DNA of 64,000 nucleotides, from positions 8,346 to 72,345 of the forward strand of contig DAYH01000030.1 in assembly GCA_002506825.1 (NCBI GenBank), written 5' to 3'. The notes beneath the pieces are model-generated. The model was not told where the DNA came from. It searched no databases and saw only the letters and a list, made by a program, of their open reading frames with translations. Below, piece after piece: positions 36,048-45,153 of this stretch; position 1 is the first letter of the stretch; each line of letters opens with the position of its first letter. The position numbers and the translations under genes are program-made. The stretch comes from Euryarchaeota archaeon UBA103. GTDB taxonomy: Archaea; Thermoplasmatota; Poseidoniia; Poseidoniales; Thalassarchaeaceae.

Positions 36048-37790
36048 GTGCGATTTAACATTCACGTGGACGAATCTTCGGAATGGTCAGACTTATCTGT
36101 TTCTGAGCTTAAGGATGCCCTCAGGGCAATAGGAATGCCGATTTCTGGAAGAAAGGACGAGTTGGTAACTAGACTGGAAGAGTATTCGGTTTTTCAGGCC
36201 GAATTAGTCGATACTAAGTCCGATGAGGATAAATCTGCGGGTTTTCTAGATCGGATAGGGGATTTGCCATTTCCCGCATTAGTTGTGATTTCAATACTAA
36301 TTGTTGGCAGTTCAGGGGGGGCAGTGATTTACGGTGATGAAATCCTCGATTTTATCCAAGGAGAACCGGAGTATGTATTGATTGATTTTGATAGTGAAAA
36401 AGCTAGAGAGTTTGCTCAAACGTTGGTTGATTTGGGGCATCCAGAATGGGAAGGTAGAATGTCTGGAACTGTAGAAGAAGAAAATACAGCCAATTCGATT
36501 AAGAGTAATTTTACATCCATGGGGATACCATCCACTATGGACGAATTCGATGTTAATATGTTCGAAATTGGGAGTGAACCAGATTTGTCAATATGCACTC
36601 CAGGAGATATCGGGAGTATTTTTGGAGGGCCAACTCCTTGCTCTACGGCCGATGTTAATAGAGAGATAACTCAGTTCACGCACAGAGAGGACTATGTGAT
36701 ACAGGGCTATAGCGGATCCATAGATGTCTTTCATACTGAAAATGCTGAGATTGTTGACTTGGGAAACGGTAGTGAAGATTCCGATTGGGCGTCTGCTGCC
36801 AGTAAAATTGCCATGATTTGGATAGAGTCGGGGACTGATGGGAATACCGATTTGCTACAAAGAGCATTGGCCAATGATGTTAATTCGATGATCACGGTTA
36901 ATTCTCTGATTAATTGTGATGACCTGGTAATGAATGACTGCGTTCCTTATTTCAAAGGAATAGATCTGACAAAATTTGATTTCATCCCTGATTCATTTGG
37001 TTTCATTATGGTCTCCAAGAGTGTCGGTACCTCAATATCCGATAGTGTGATAAATGGCGATGGAAGAATTCAGATGAGAATAGATGTGGATAATCAGGCC
37101 ATATCGACTATCTATGTCCCGTGTGGAATAATTGAAGGAAAATCCGATTCAATAATTGTCCTAGGTGCCCATCATGATACAGTCTACAATAGCCAGGGGG
37201 CCGTAGATGACAGCTCTGGAGTGGCCACATTGCAAGAAATTGCCAGACAGTTTTCCATTCTAGAATCTAGATTGGGGGCGCCAGAGTATACGATTTACTT
37301 CTGTACTTGGGGTGGCGAGGAAGAAGGACTTTGGGGGTCTAAAGAATGGGTTGACAAGTATAGGAATATGCTATCGGAAGACTTGCGTCTAAATATCAAT
37401 CTAGACATGAATCATATTGATTTGGAGAGAAATAATGGCCTAACTATCTATGGAAATAATCCAAAGGATACGAAGATAGTTAGAGGCATTAGTGCTAAAT
37501 TTTCTGATGTCTACACAGATTTAGCTTCAAAGTATAGAGTAAATGTGAACGATATTCCATCTACAGCTATGCCTTACAACTCGGATCATGCTCCTTTTGT
37601 CTATGAGATAGACAATCAGCCAGACGATGGCATGGAATATGGCAAGGCCCTAGTGTGCTATGGATCAGGATCTAGCGAGTACCATACATATCTGGATACT
37701 ATGGATCGTTTCAATGAGGAGAGTTTGGCAGTATCTGGAATAATACTAGGGTCGTTCATCAGGTATCTGTCATACGGAGAAATATCTTAG
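36048..37790 (+). CDS. Membrane-anchored M28-family aminopeptidase with an N-terminal SAP-like motif
   Basis: SAP-like LSVSELKDALRAIGMPISGRKDELVTRLEE. TM FPALVVISILIVGSSGGAVIYG. M28 metal ligands LGAHHDTV, GAVDDSSGVATLQEIAR, WGGEEEGLWGSKEWV, NSDHAPF. GTG start at 36048, alternative GTG at 36066. Confidence 0.75.
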   Translation: MRFNIHVDESSEWSDLSVSELKDALRAIGMPISGRKDELVTRLEEYSVFQAELVDTKSDEDKSAGFLDRIGDLPFPALVVISILIVGSSGGAVIYGDEILDFIQGEPEYVLIDFDSEKAREFAQTLVDLGHPEWEGRMSGTVEEENTANSIKSNFTSMGIPSTMDEFDVNMFEIGSEPDLSICTPGDIGSIFGGPTPCSTADVNREITQFTHREDYVIQGYSGSIDVFHTENAEIVDLGNGSEDSDWASAASKIAMIWIESGTDGNTDLLQRALANDVNSMITVNSLINCDDLVMNDCVPYFKGIDLTKFDFIPDSFGFIMVSKSVGTSISDSVINGDGRIQMRIDVDNQAISTIYVPCGIIEGKSDSIIVLGAHHDTVYNSQGAVDDSSGVATLQEIARQFSILESRLGAPEYTIYFCTWGGEEEGLWGSKEWVDKYRNMLSEDLRLNINLDMNHIDLERNNGLTIYGNNPKDTKIVRGISAKFSDVYTDLASKYRVNVNDIPSTAMPYNSDHAPFVYEIDNQPDDGMEYGKALVCYGSGSSEYHTYLDTMDRFNEESLAVSGIILGSFIRYLSYGEIS

Positions 37791-37805
37791 TCGGCATTGA
37801 GACGA

Positions 37806-37826
37806 AACCGATATACACTATCGGTT
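37806..37826 (+). promoter_or_regulatory. 8-bp inverted repeat overlapping the putative TATA box of the peroxiredoxin gene
   Basis: AACCGATA-TACAC-TATCGGTT. The A/T-rich centre lies ~27 nt upstream of the ATG at 37840, i.e. leaderless-type spacing. Confidence 0.35.
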
Positions 37827-37839
37827 GTCGGCTTAGTTT

Positions 37840-38307
37840 ATGGTCAAAATAGGAGAAACCGCCCCTGCCTTCACACTGAAAACCACTGACAAGAGCGATG
37901 TCAGTCTGTCTGATTATGCTGGACAGAATGTCATTTTGGCATTCTATCCTGGTGCTTTCACCGGGGTTTGTGACAAAGAAATGTGCGCCTTTCAGGATAA
38001 TATTAGCAAGTTGAATGGTGCCGGGACCATTGTTCTTGGAATTAGCGTTGACTCTCCATGGGCCAACAATGCTTTCTCCCAGAAATATGACCTCGAGTTC
38101 TCCCTACTCTCTGATGTGGACCGAGAAGTCGTCAAAAGCTATGATGCCTCATTTGTAGGCCTCGGTGGCATTGAGGGATATGTTAGTGCCAATAGAGTGG
38201 TGATAGTGATAGATGGCGATGGGATTGTGCGATACCGATGGGACGCGGAAAATCCAGGGGTTGAGCCAGATTATGATGCTGTAGTGGACTTTGCGTCTAC
38301 TCTGTGA
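37840..38307 (+). CDS. Peroxiredoxin (AhpC/TSA-redoxin family)
   Basis: VILAFYPGAFTGVCDKEMCAF carries the peroxidatic Cys in the P-x-x-x-T/S-x-x-C context. Size 155 aa. Confidence 0.85.
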   Translation: MVKIGETAPAFTLKTTDKSDVSLSDYAGQNVILAFYPGAFTGVCDKEMCAFQDNISKLNGAGTIVLGISVDSPWANNAFSQKYDLEFSLLSDVDREVVKSYDASFVGLGGIEGYVSANRVVIVIDGDGIVRYRWDAENPGVEPDYDAVVDFASTL

Positions 38308-38352
38308 TGAGCTTCATATTCTGTGCCAACGATGAGATAAAATCAGTTGTAA

Positions 38353-40095
38353 CTACATCATCTCGGGAGATTTAATCCCCAGAAGTTCCAAACCAGTTGA
38401 AATCACTCTTGCTGTTAAATCACATAATGCCAATCTACTCATCATAGTTTTATCATCTTCCGATTTTAGTATCGGACAGGCCTCATAGAAAGTGGCAAAT
38501 GCAGAAGAGGTAGCATGAATGTGGGTACAGAGTTTGTGAGGGTGTAAACTGGAAATTGATTTGTCCAAAGATTCCGCGAAATTTAGTATGCACTTGGCTA
38601 GGGTCTCCTCCTCTTCAGTGAACAGCTCGATTTTAGAATTTCTTAGTGACTCCCTACTTACAGAAGTCAGCGAAAAAATGCGTGATATCCTTGCATGAGA
38701 ATATTGAAGATAAGGCGCGGTGTTTCCTTCAAATGAAAGCATCTTATCCCAATCAAAGACATAATCCTTAGACCTGTCAGTGGAGAGATCGGCATACTTT
38801 ACCGCCCCTATTCCTATCATCTTTGAAATTCTAGCCTTATTTTCACCTATGAGCTCTGGATTCTTCTCCGAAATGGCACTATCAGCCCTGATGATTGACT
38901 CCTTCAATAGATCAACAAGTTTTGCTGAATGTCCCGTCCTACTTTTCAGCATCTGTCCGTTTGAGTCTAGTACCGAGCCGAAATTTATGTGTGTGGCCGT
39001 ATGTCTTTCATCCATGAATCCAGCTCTTGAGGCGACCTCAAAAACCATCTCAAAGTGTTGTTTCTGAGGAGTTCCCACGACATACATCAGTTCGTCGCAT
39101 GAAATTCTTTCCACCCTATCAATGATACAAGCCAAGTCTGATGTGGAGTAGTTGTACCCTCCATCCCCCTTCTTAATTATCACAGGAAATGGAGCACCTT
39201 CCCTATTGACCCATTTTCCACCCAAATATACTACACTAGCCCCTTCACTCTCTTCTAACATTCCTGATTCACGTAATCTTTCAACGACTGTCGGCAGTAG
39301 GTGCCTATATGCTGACTCGCCCATAATATCATCATCATCAAGGAGAACATCTAACATCTCGTACACTTCATTGAAGTAAATCGTTGATACGTCCACTAAG
39401 ACCTTCCAGAGTCTGAGTGTATCGGAATCCTCGGCTTGGAGAAGAACAACCCTAGATCTCGCCCTCTCTGCGAATAAATTATCATGATCAAATTTTACTC
39501 TGGCCTCTTTGTAAAACTGATCAAAATCTGAAATTGCCCTCTCAGAGGTAAAATTATCTTCGCCTAAATCGATTAAATGCTCAATTAACATTCCAAAGGG
39601 AGTACCCCAATCTCCTATGTGATTCTCCCTGATTACTTCATGGCCCTTGAATCGTAGCATTCGGACTATTGCATCTCCAATTACCGTGGACCTGAGGTGG
39701 CCAACATGCATTTCTTTGGCCACGTTTGGTGCCGAGTAATCAACAACAATTTTTCTGGGACTATCCTTGCTAACTCCCAGCATGCCATCAGATAATAACC
39801 CCATAGTTTTGTTTGCCAACCACTCGGATTCGGCCTTCAGATTAACGAATCCATTCATGGAAGAAGTTAGTGCTATTCCCTGTAAAGAAGGAGATATCAG
39901 TCTAGAAATCTGCTCTGAGACTTCGATGGGGGATTTCTTGAATCTACGAGATAATGAATGGCAAGGAATTGCAACATCCGCCATAGGGCCCAGTGTTGAT
40001 GGACCGATCAAATTGGAAATTTCTTCCTCTGAAATATCTAATTCTGAGATTGAGTCGTAAATCAGAGGAGTACAGGCTTCGATTAGATCTCTCAT
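38353..40095 (-). CDS. argS: Arginine--tRNA ligase
   Basis: SAPNVAKEMHVGHLRSTVIGDA (HIGH-type). GDWGTPFGMLIEHL. C-terminal anticodon-binding (DALR) region ending ...GIKSPEMM. The track start at 40107 is TTG; ATG at 40095 (MRDLIEAC). Confidence 0.9.
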   Translation of the reverse strand: MRDLIEACTPLIYDSISELDISEEEISNLIGPSTLGPMADVAIPCHSLSRRFKKSPIEVSEQISRLISPSLQGIALTSSMNGFVNLKAESEWLANKTMGLLSDGMLGVSKDSPRKIVVDYSAPNVAKEMHVGHLRSTVIGDAIVRMLRFKGHEVIRENHIGDWGTPFGMLIEHLIDLGEDNFTSERAISDFDQFYKEARVKFDHDNLFAERARSRVVLLQAEDSDTLRLWKVLVDVSTIYFNEVYEMLDVLLDDDDIMGESAYRHLLPTVVERLRESGMLEESEGASVVYLGGKWVNREGAPFPVIIKKGDGGYNYSTSDLACIIDRVERISCDELMYVVGTPQKQHFEMVFEVASRAGFMDERHTATHINFGSVLDSNGQMLKSRTGHSAKLVDLLKESIIRADSAISEKNPELIGENKARISKMIGIGAVKYADLSTDRSKDYVFDWDKMLSFEGNTAPYLQYSHARISRIFSLTSVSRESLRNSKIELFTEEEETLAKCILNFAESLDKSISSLHPHKLCTHIHATSSAFATFYEACPILKSEDDKTMMSRLALCDLTARVISTGLELLGIKSPEMM

Positions 40096-40103
40096 ATTAC
40101 ACC

Positions 40104-41387
40104 TCAAGATATTGAGTACCTCAATAGAGCGGTTATTCCGCCAAATGCATCGAATAGAGTAGCGCCCTCTTCCGTATCCATAGAAATCAGGGTAACGGAA
40201 GCGGAAGTATGGCCTGCCAACAGAGTTAATTCATCGATTAAATCCATTGACCTTTCTGCATCCTCCACAACATCCTCAGACGAACAGCTAGGACATACAG
40301 GAATCTCTGACCTTCTACTTTGAGTTCCCTCCCATTCTGACTTACAATGCCTACAAATCCACATTACTCTCCTTTTTCTGATATTTTCAGATAGTAATAA
40401 TCTCTCAACTGCGCCCTGCTCTAGAGCGTTTCTGATCATCATCTCCCCATATGTGGCTTTTGGATGAGCTTGCATCACTTCTCTCAAGAATCTATCAACC
40501 AGCTTTCGCTCTGTATCTAATTCGATTTGGTCCATTAGGCCCCCTGCTCTCTGAACCAACTCCCTGAGTCCACTTTCATTGGAATATCCTACATCGAAGA
40601 ACGGCTCTCTAATTAGTTTCTTAATTTCATGATGGAAGTAATCATTCTTCACAACATAATCTTTTGTTGCACCTGGTCCGCCGATAATTATCCCCTGGAG
40701 ATTTTCAATCATTGGCAACCAGTATGAAGAAGCCCTTTCCGCGGATTTCTTGAAGAATTTGTCCGCGGCTTCTTCGATTAACCTCTCGAATCTCTGTGCC
40801 GACTGACCACCTCTACCGTGCTTTGAAGGGACTAGCGATGTAACATGTTCCTGACAATGTAACCTCTTTCCACTAGCAAGTCCATATGCCGCTTCGGACC
40901 TATCTATGACAAAAAGGCCGTATGCTGTCCTATCAATTAGCATCTCCTCGAGCTGACTGATCTCAAATGTTGAGCCGCACCTGTATCTGTAAGATGTAAA
41001 TGCCTCGGGAGGATCGTCAATAACTATCGACATTAGTCTAGTTTTATTATTTCCAACAATGACGTGTCCTACGAATAAGGCCATTCCTCTTTCTCCGGGC
41101 GTTTTGTATCGGTTTAAGCTGGCTATGGCAGACTCTATAGCATCAGAAACATGCTTCCTAGTCAGCTTAGACTTGATGTTTGCCGCCTGTCCAGCTTCAT
41201 TAGAAAGTTGATGTCTGACATCGCTTATCATCCTATCAGGGGGCACTACGACCGAAACTAGCTCGGTACCCATTCCCTTCATTGCAGACAAGTCCTCTAC
41301 TGCCTTCTTGAGGCGTAATCTCCTTTGCTGGACTTCAATATCGTCGGATATGGCACTACCCCCAGTTAAAGGCCGGAGGGGCAGCAT
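40104..41387 (-). CDS. prf1: Peptide chain release factor aRF1
   Basis: NIKS motif (AANIKSKLTRK), GGQ motif (HGRGGQSAQRFERL), and a C-terminal domain with a CxxC...CxxC insert (CRHCKSEW...CPSCSS). Confidence 0.9.
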   Translation of the reverse strand: MLPLRPLTGGSAISDDIEVQQRRLRLKKAVEDLSAMKGMGTELVSVVVPPDRMISDVRHQLSNEAGQAANIKSKLTRKHVSDAIESAIASLNRYKTPGERGMALFVGHVIVGNNKTRLMSIVIDDPPEAFTSYRYRCGSTFEISQLEEMLIDRTAYGLFVIDRSEAAYGLASGKRLHCQEHVTSLVPSKHGRGGQSAQRFERLIEEAADKFFKKSAERASSYWLPMIENLQGIIIGGPGATKDYVVKNDYFHHEIKKLIREPFFDVGYSNESGLRELVQRAGGLMDQIELDTERKLVDRFLREVMQAHPKATYGEMMIRNALEQGAVERLLLSENIRKRRVMWICRHCKSEWEGTQSRRSEIPVCPSCSSEDVVEDAERSMDLIDELTLLAGHTSASVTLISMDTEEGATLFDAFGGITALLRYSIS

Positions 41388-41448
41388 TTCAACCCTTAGA
41401 CTCCGCTAGGGCAAAGGAATTGAAAGGGGCGTCCTAGCTCGACGGTCG

Positions 41449-42153
41449 ATGACGACCGTGATTGTCGCACTCGGAGGGAGTCTGCTCCGTCCCGAGATTG
41501 AAGAAAGGCATACTTGGCTAGAGGATCTAGTTTCGGTAATTAGGGACAGGGTATCGATGGATGATAGGATCGGGATAGTCGTCGGAGGAGGAGCTCCGGC
41601 CAGAGAGGGGATTGAGCTAGCTCGGCCAATGATTTCAGATGAGGCCCATCTGGATAAAATAGGCATAGCGGCAACTAGGCTAAATGCTACTATTGTCAGA
41701 GAATCACTTTCAGATTCCGGCATTCCCGTATCTGGAACCATTCCTAAGAGTGTTGATGAAGCGGTGCTTCTACTTGAGACTCGTCAAGTTGTCGTCATGG
41801 GAGGAACTAATCCTGGGCATACAACAGACGCTGTGGCGATACGTTTTGCAATATCTTCTGAAGCTGATAAGTGTATCATAGCCACCAATGTAGCAAAAGT
41901 TTTCGACAGTGATCCAAGAGTCAATCCAGATGCTATACCATATGATTCACTAACCCATAGCCAACTACTGGAGATAATTGGATCTTCTCAACACACAAGA
42001 GCCGGAATTTCCCAAATTGTCGATCCTGTTGGGGCCATTGATGCCTCTGAATCAGGCCTGACCTTGAATATCCTCGATGGAAGAAATGTGCACCTCATTA
42101 GAGAGGCGATTGTTGGAGGGGACTTTCAGGGAACAGAGGTAAGGAGGGGCTAA
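41449..42153 (+). CDS. pyrH: Uridylate (UMP) kinase, archaeal type
   Basis: VIVALGGSLL. VVGGGAPAREGIE. VVMGGTNPGHTTDAVA. Amino-acid-kinase fold, 234 aa. Confidence 0.85.
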   Translation: MTTVIVALGGSLLRPEIEERHTWLEDLVSVIRDRVSMDDRIGIVVGGGAPAREGIELARPMISDEAHLDKIGIAATRLNATIVRESLSDSGIPVSGTIPKSVDEAVLLLETRQVVVMGGTNPGHTTDAVAIRFAISSEADKCIIATNVAKVFDSDPRVNPDAIPYDSLTHSQLLEIIGSSQHTRAGISQIVDPVGAIDASESGLTLNILDGRNVHLIREAIVGGDFQGTEVRRG

Positions 42154-42156
42154 ATC

Positions 42157-42474
42157 TTGAGCAGGGCCGATAGAATCGCTAATGCTGGAAGAAGAACGGC
42201 TAAGGAAGCGAGAGATGCGGCCAATAAGAGAAGGCAATCGGAAAGCCGTAAGGTTTCGAATAAATCCATAGATGTCAGGCCCCATAGGCATTGTGTCGTA
42301 TGCTGGAAACCGATTTCTCTGGAGATTGAGCCTGCAGTTTGCGACGATGAGGCTTGTATTGAAAATAATAAGAAAAGGGAGTCTTCTAGAAAGAGACTGA
42401 CCGTAATGTTGTATCTGTTTCCCGGTATTGCTATCCTACTAATTTTCTTACAGATGATGTCAGGGGGAGCATAA
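42157..42474 (+). CDS. Small basic Zn-ribbon protein with a C-terminal TM helix (hypothetical)
   Basis: TTG start 3 nt after the pyrH stop. R/K-rich N-terminus. HCVVCWKPI...CDDEAC four-ligand pattern. TM MLYLFPGIAILLIFLQMM. The start codon is uncertain. Confidence 0.45.
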   Translation: MSRADRIANAGRRTAKEARDAANKRRQSESRKVSNKSIDVRPHRHCVVCWKPISLEIEPAVCDDEACIENNKKRESSRKRLTVMLYLFPGIAILLIFLQMMSGGA

Positions 42475-42488
42475 ATGGAGGGATATTC

Positions 42489-43073
42489 ATGAATATGGTC
42501 AGAATCTTGTCAATACTTCCGGGCCTTGTGGGCGGCCTGTGTGTATTGATGGTCCTTGGTAGCCTTATTGGGATAGATGTGGAAAATTCACGTACTGACG
42601 TCCCCATCGTACCGTGTACTGATGATTCTGTTGGTTGTCCAGTTGGGATGACTGGTGAAGATTTGATAGTGCCTCCCGCATTCGTGTTGCTAGAGATAAG
42701 TATGAAGCTGGAATGGGACGAACCGGATAGAAGTTGGATTGGAGTTGTTGACGCGAAGTATGAAGAAGATTGCCCTCCTGATTCCAATGGCCTTACTTCT
42801 TGTACATCTGATGACTTTGAATTCATTGCAGGAGGTCCTGATTCCTTAGATGGAAGCTTAGAGTTTGTGTTAGAGCCGGGAAAATATCGTTTTGTAACGG
42901 CTGGAAAGGATGGCTCCACCCTTGACGAACAATTGGTCACTATTGAACCTGAAATTCATCTAGCTGGATTTGTAGAGATACTACTTGCCGCCATAGGATT
43001 GACACTGCTTCTAGGTGCTAGCCAGATGGCATTTCCTCTCAGGGAGATGTGGAAGCGCTTTAGAGAAGCGTAA
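42489..43073 (+). CDS. Hypothetical secreted/membrane-anchored protein (194 aa)
   Basis: ATG preceded by GGAGGGA. N-terminal hydrophobic leader ILSILPGLVGGLCVLMVLGSL. Cys-containing ~140-aa ectodomain. C-terminal TM ILLAAIGLTLLLGASQMAF. Confidence 0.5.
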   Translation: MNMVRILSILPGLVGGLCVLMVLGSLIGIDVENSRTDVPIVPCTDDSVGCPVGMTGEDLIVPPAFVLLEISMKLEWDEPDRSWIGVVDAKYEEDCPPDSNGLTSCTSDDFEFIAGGPDSLDGSLEFVLEPGKYRFVTAGKDGSTLDEQLVTIEPEIHLAGFVEILLAAIGLTLLLGASQMAFPLREMWKRFREA

Positions 43074-43118
43074 ATCTAGCATAGATTGCTTGAATAACCT
43101 ATTCCTACTCGTAGTAGC

Positions 43119-43235
43119 ATGTCTGACCGCTGCCCGGGGTGTGGATCAAAAATGGATATTGGCGGCCTGCCTATCTCCATAGGCGGCTTCGATATGTATT
43201 GCACGACGTGCGGACACATTTGGCACATCAATTAG
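43119..43235 (+). CDS. Candidate 38-aa zinc-ribbon micro-protein (not in the supplied ORF track)
   Basis: MSDRCPGCGSKMDIGGLPISIGGFDMYCTTCGHIWHIN has CxxC-x19-CxxC. Its TAG stop overlaps the convergent GTPase stop in a 4-nt TTAG, the same arrangement as three other convergent pairs in this window. Confidence 0.35.
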   Translation: MSDRCPGCGSKMDIGGLPISIGGFDMYCTTCGHIWHIN

Positions 43236-44266
43236 GACAGGTCATTTCTAGGCCAGTCCTCTGGTAGAATTAGAGGGTCTACTATATCGTCAGCGGCAAT
43301 CATTTCAACAAGCCTTTCTCTCAAATGCTCCATTCCCTCCCCCGTGATTGAGCTGATGGCTAAGTCATTCCCCCTTTCTGCAGATTGGTGTAAGTCTAAT
43401 TTACTGTGAACGACGAGGATTGGCCTCTCTGAGATCAACCCACTTACTTCTTCAAGTAGATTCATTTGCTCGTCTAGGTTAGTCGTTGCATCTGGCGTTG
43501 GATCTATCAAGAACAAAAGTACATCCCCCACATTCTCCAAGGCCGCAATGGCCTGCATCTCGATATTATTCCTCTCGACCATAGGCCTGTCTAGAAGGCC
43601 GGGGGTATCGACCATCTGATATTTTCTCCTTCGATGCATGAAGTGGCCAAGGTGTAATTGCTTGGTAGTGAATGGATATGCCGCGACCTCGGGCTCTCCG
43701 CTCGATAGAGAATTAATCAAAGCAGATTTACCTACATTGGGAGATCCGGCTACCACAATACAAGGTTCGGTAGAATCTATAGAAGGTAGCTTTCTTAGTA
43801 TATCACGAGCCTCCCCCAGCCATTCTATTTCTGGAGAAATTTGCTCAATTATTGAAGAGAATCTGCCATATGCCGATCTTCTGGCCTGGTGAAATCCATC
43901 TATATCCCTGAGCCTTAGAATCTTTCTTTGAGTATCTCCTGCTATCGATCTTACTCTTTCTGCCCCCCATTGAATCGCACCTAGACTCTTCCTGTAATTG
44001 TCATTACCGACAGCTGCGTCTACGAGAGCTTGATCAAATTCGGATAAGGCATTCAAACTGGGCCACCTCTCAACGTATGCAATGAGTGTGGTATCAATTA
44101 CTGCAGCCGCGGACTGTACCATCTTATTCATCTGCTTTCTAACTCTGTGATACTTATCTGGATCCTCTACGGTATCCGACTGTCTACTGGCCTTTCTGAA
44201 AGCCTTATCGAGAATCTCATCTGTTTTCAAAACAGTTGGGATTTTTCTCCATTCGATTGATGCCAT
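43232..44266 (-). CDS. NOG1-family (OBG-HflX-like) GTPase
   Basis: N-terminal helical region KIPTVLKTDEILDKAFRKAS. G1 GSPNVGKSALIN. G2 YPFTT. G3 VDTPGLLDRP. The likely ATG is at 44266 (MASIEWRKIP); the track start is 44305. Confidence 0.8.
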   Translation of the reverse strand: MASIEWRKIPTVLKTDEILDKAFRKASRQSDTVEDPDKYHRVRKQMNKMVQSAAAVIDTTLIAYVERWPSLNALSEFDQALVDAAVGNDNYRKSLGAIQWGAERVRSIAGDTQRKILRLRDIDGFHQARRSAYGRFSSIIEQISPEIEWLGEARDILRKLPSIDSTEPCIVVAGSPNVGKSALINSLSSGEPEVAAYPFTTKQLHLGHFMHRRRKYQMVDTPGLLDRPMVERNNIEMQAIAALENVGDVLLFLIDPTPDATTNLDEQMNLLEEVSGLISERPILVVHSKLDLHQSAERGNDLAISSITGEGMEHLRERLVEMIAADDIVDPLILPEDWPRNDLS

Positions 44267-44374
44267 GTGTCTTCCTGACTCTACGACAAACCCTTTCCTA
44301 TTCAAGACAGTAGCCAGAAATTGTATGGATTTTCAAATCAAGCCCTTTTTCTATATGGACCCCGCCGAAAGCAC

Positions 44375-44812
44375 ATGCCCGACATATCCAGTACACTTCC
44401 CGATTGGGCGATAAAGATTCATCGAGCCCACGGTTCTCCTGAATTGAATGATATTCAGGATGTTTTTCATGGTCCTCTTTCAAGTCGTAGCGCTGGGCTG
44501 AGAAAGGATGACATCATTGAGATAATTATTGATTCTAGAGCTATTTCTACTGGTAGTGAAAATATTGCAAGGGGGATGCTGATCGGGACTACAAGAAACG
44601 CTGTTGAGATCATGGATGATGCCGGCATATTCAGATCCATAGCCCGAGATGTGATTGTGGAAGTAAGGCTGATCGCCCATATGAGAGTCCCCTATCTTGA
44701 AGATAGGGAAATGATGACCTTCGAGAAAGAGGATATGCGACGTAGATCAAGTATGCAAGAAAAGGCTGAGCAGATGGCTGATGGCGGCATGGATAGCCAC
44801 CTGTGGGGTTGA
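44375..44812 (+). CDS. Hypothetical protein (145 aa)
   Basis: The ATG at 44375 (MPDISSTLPDW) lies ~22-25 nt downstream of TTTTTCTATATGG (44346-44358). No recognisable motifs. The track start at 44321 would place the TATA-like element inside the CDS. Confidence 0.45.
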   Translation: MPDISSTLPDWAIKIHRAHGSPELNDIQDVFHGPLSSRSAGLRKDDIIEIIIDSRAISTGSENIARGMLIGTTRNAVEIMDDAGIFRSIARDVIVEVRLIAHMRVPYLEDREMMTFEKEDMRRRSSMQEKAEQMADGGMDSHLWG

Positions 44813-44815
44813 GAA

Positions 44816-45145
44816 ATGGGCGGCTTAGAAGGTAAAGATTGTGTGCCGTGCAGAGGAGGTGTACCTCCTCTAGACGAAGAAGATTCACTGGAGCTGCTGA
44901 GTCAAATTAATGAGGATTGGTCACTGATAGAAAATCATCATATTGAGAGGACTTGGGACTTCGACAATTTCGAGGACGCTCTAGAATTTGTAAATTCTGC
45001 AGGCGGAATATGCGAAGATGAGGGGCATCACGCTGATTTCGAATTGGGATGGGGAAGGGCCAAGGCAATTATTTGGACTCACAAGATTGACGGTTTAACA
45101 GAGTCAGACTTCATTCTAGCCGCTAAATTGGACCTTCTGGGCTAG
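44816..45145 (+). CDS. Pterin-4-alpha-carbinolamine dehydratase
   Basis: CVPCRGGVPPLDEEDS...W.L...HIERTWDFDNFEDALEFVN...EDEGHHADFELGWGRAKAIIWTHKIDGLTESDFILAAKLD is the canonical PCD/DCoH pattern (HHP-type His pair, ..THd.gGlt..D). Confidence 0.85.
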   Translation: MGGLEGKDCVPCRGGVPPLDEEDSLELLSQINEDWSLIENHHIERTWDFDNFEDALEFVNSAGGICEDEGHHADFELGWGRAKAIIWTHKIDGLTESDFILAAKLDLLG

Positions 45146-45153
45146 GAATTTTC

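Noticed and set aside
41406-41741. 111-aa minus-strand ORF overlapping pyrH. Also the 169-aa minus ORF at 42431-42940.
   Set aside because: The opposite-strand genes have clear family motifs (UMP kinase) or signal/TM logic. These ORFs are Ser/Pro-rich antisense shadows.
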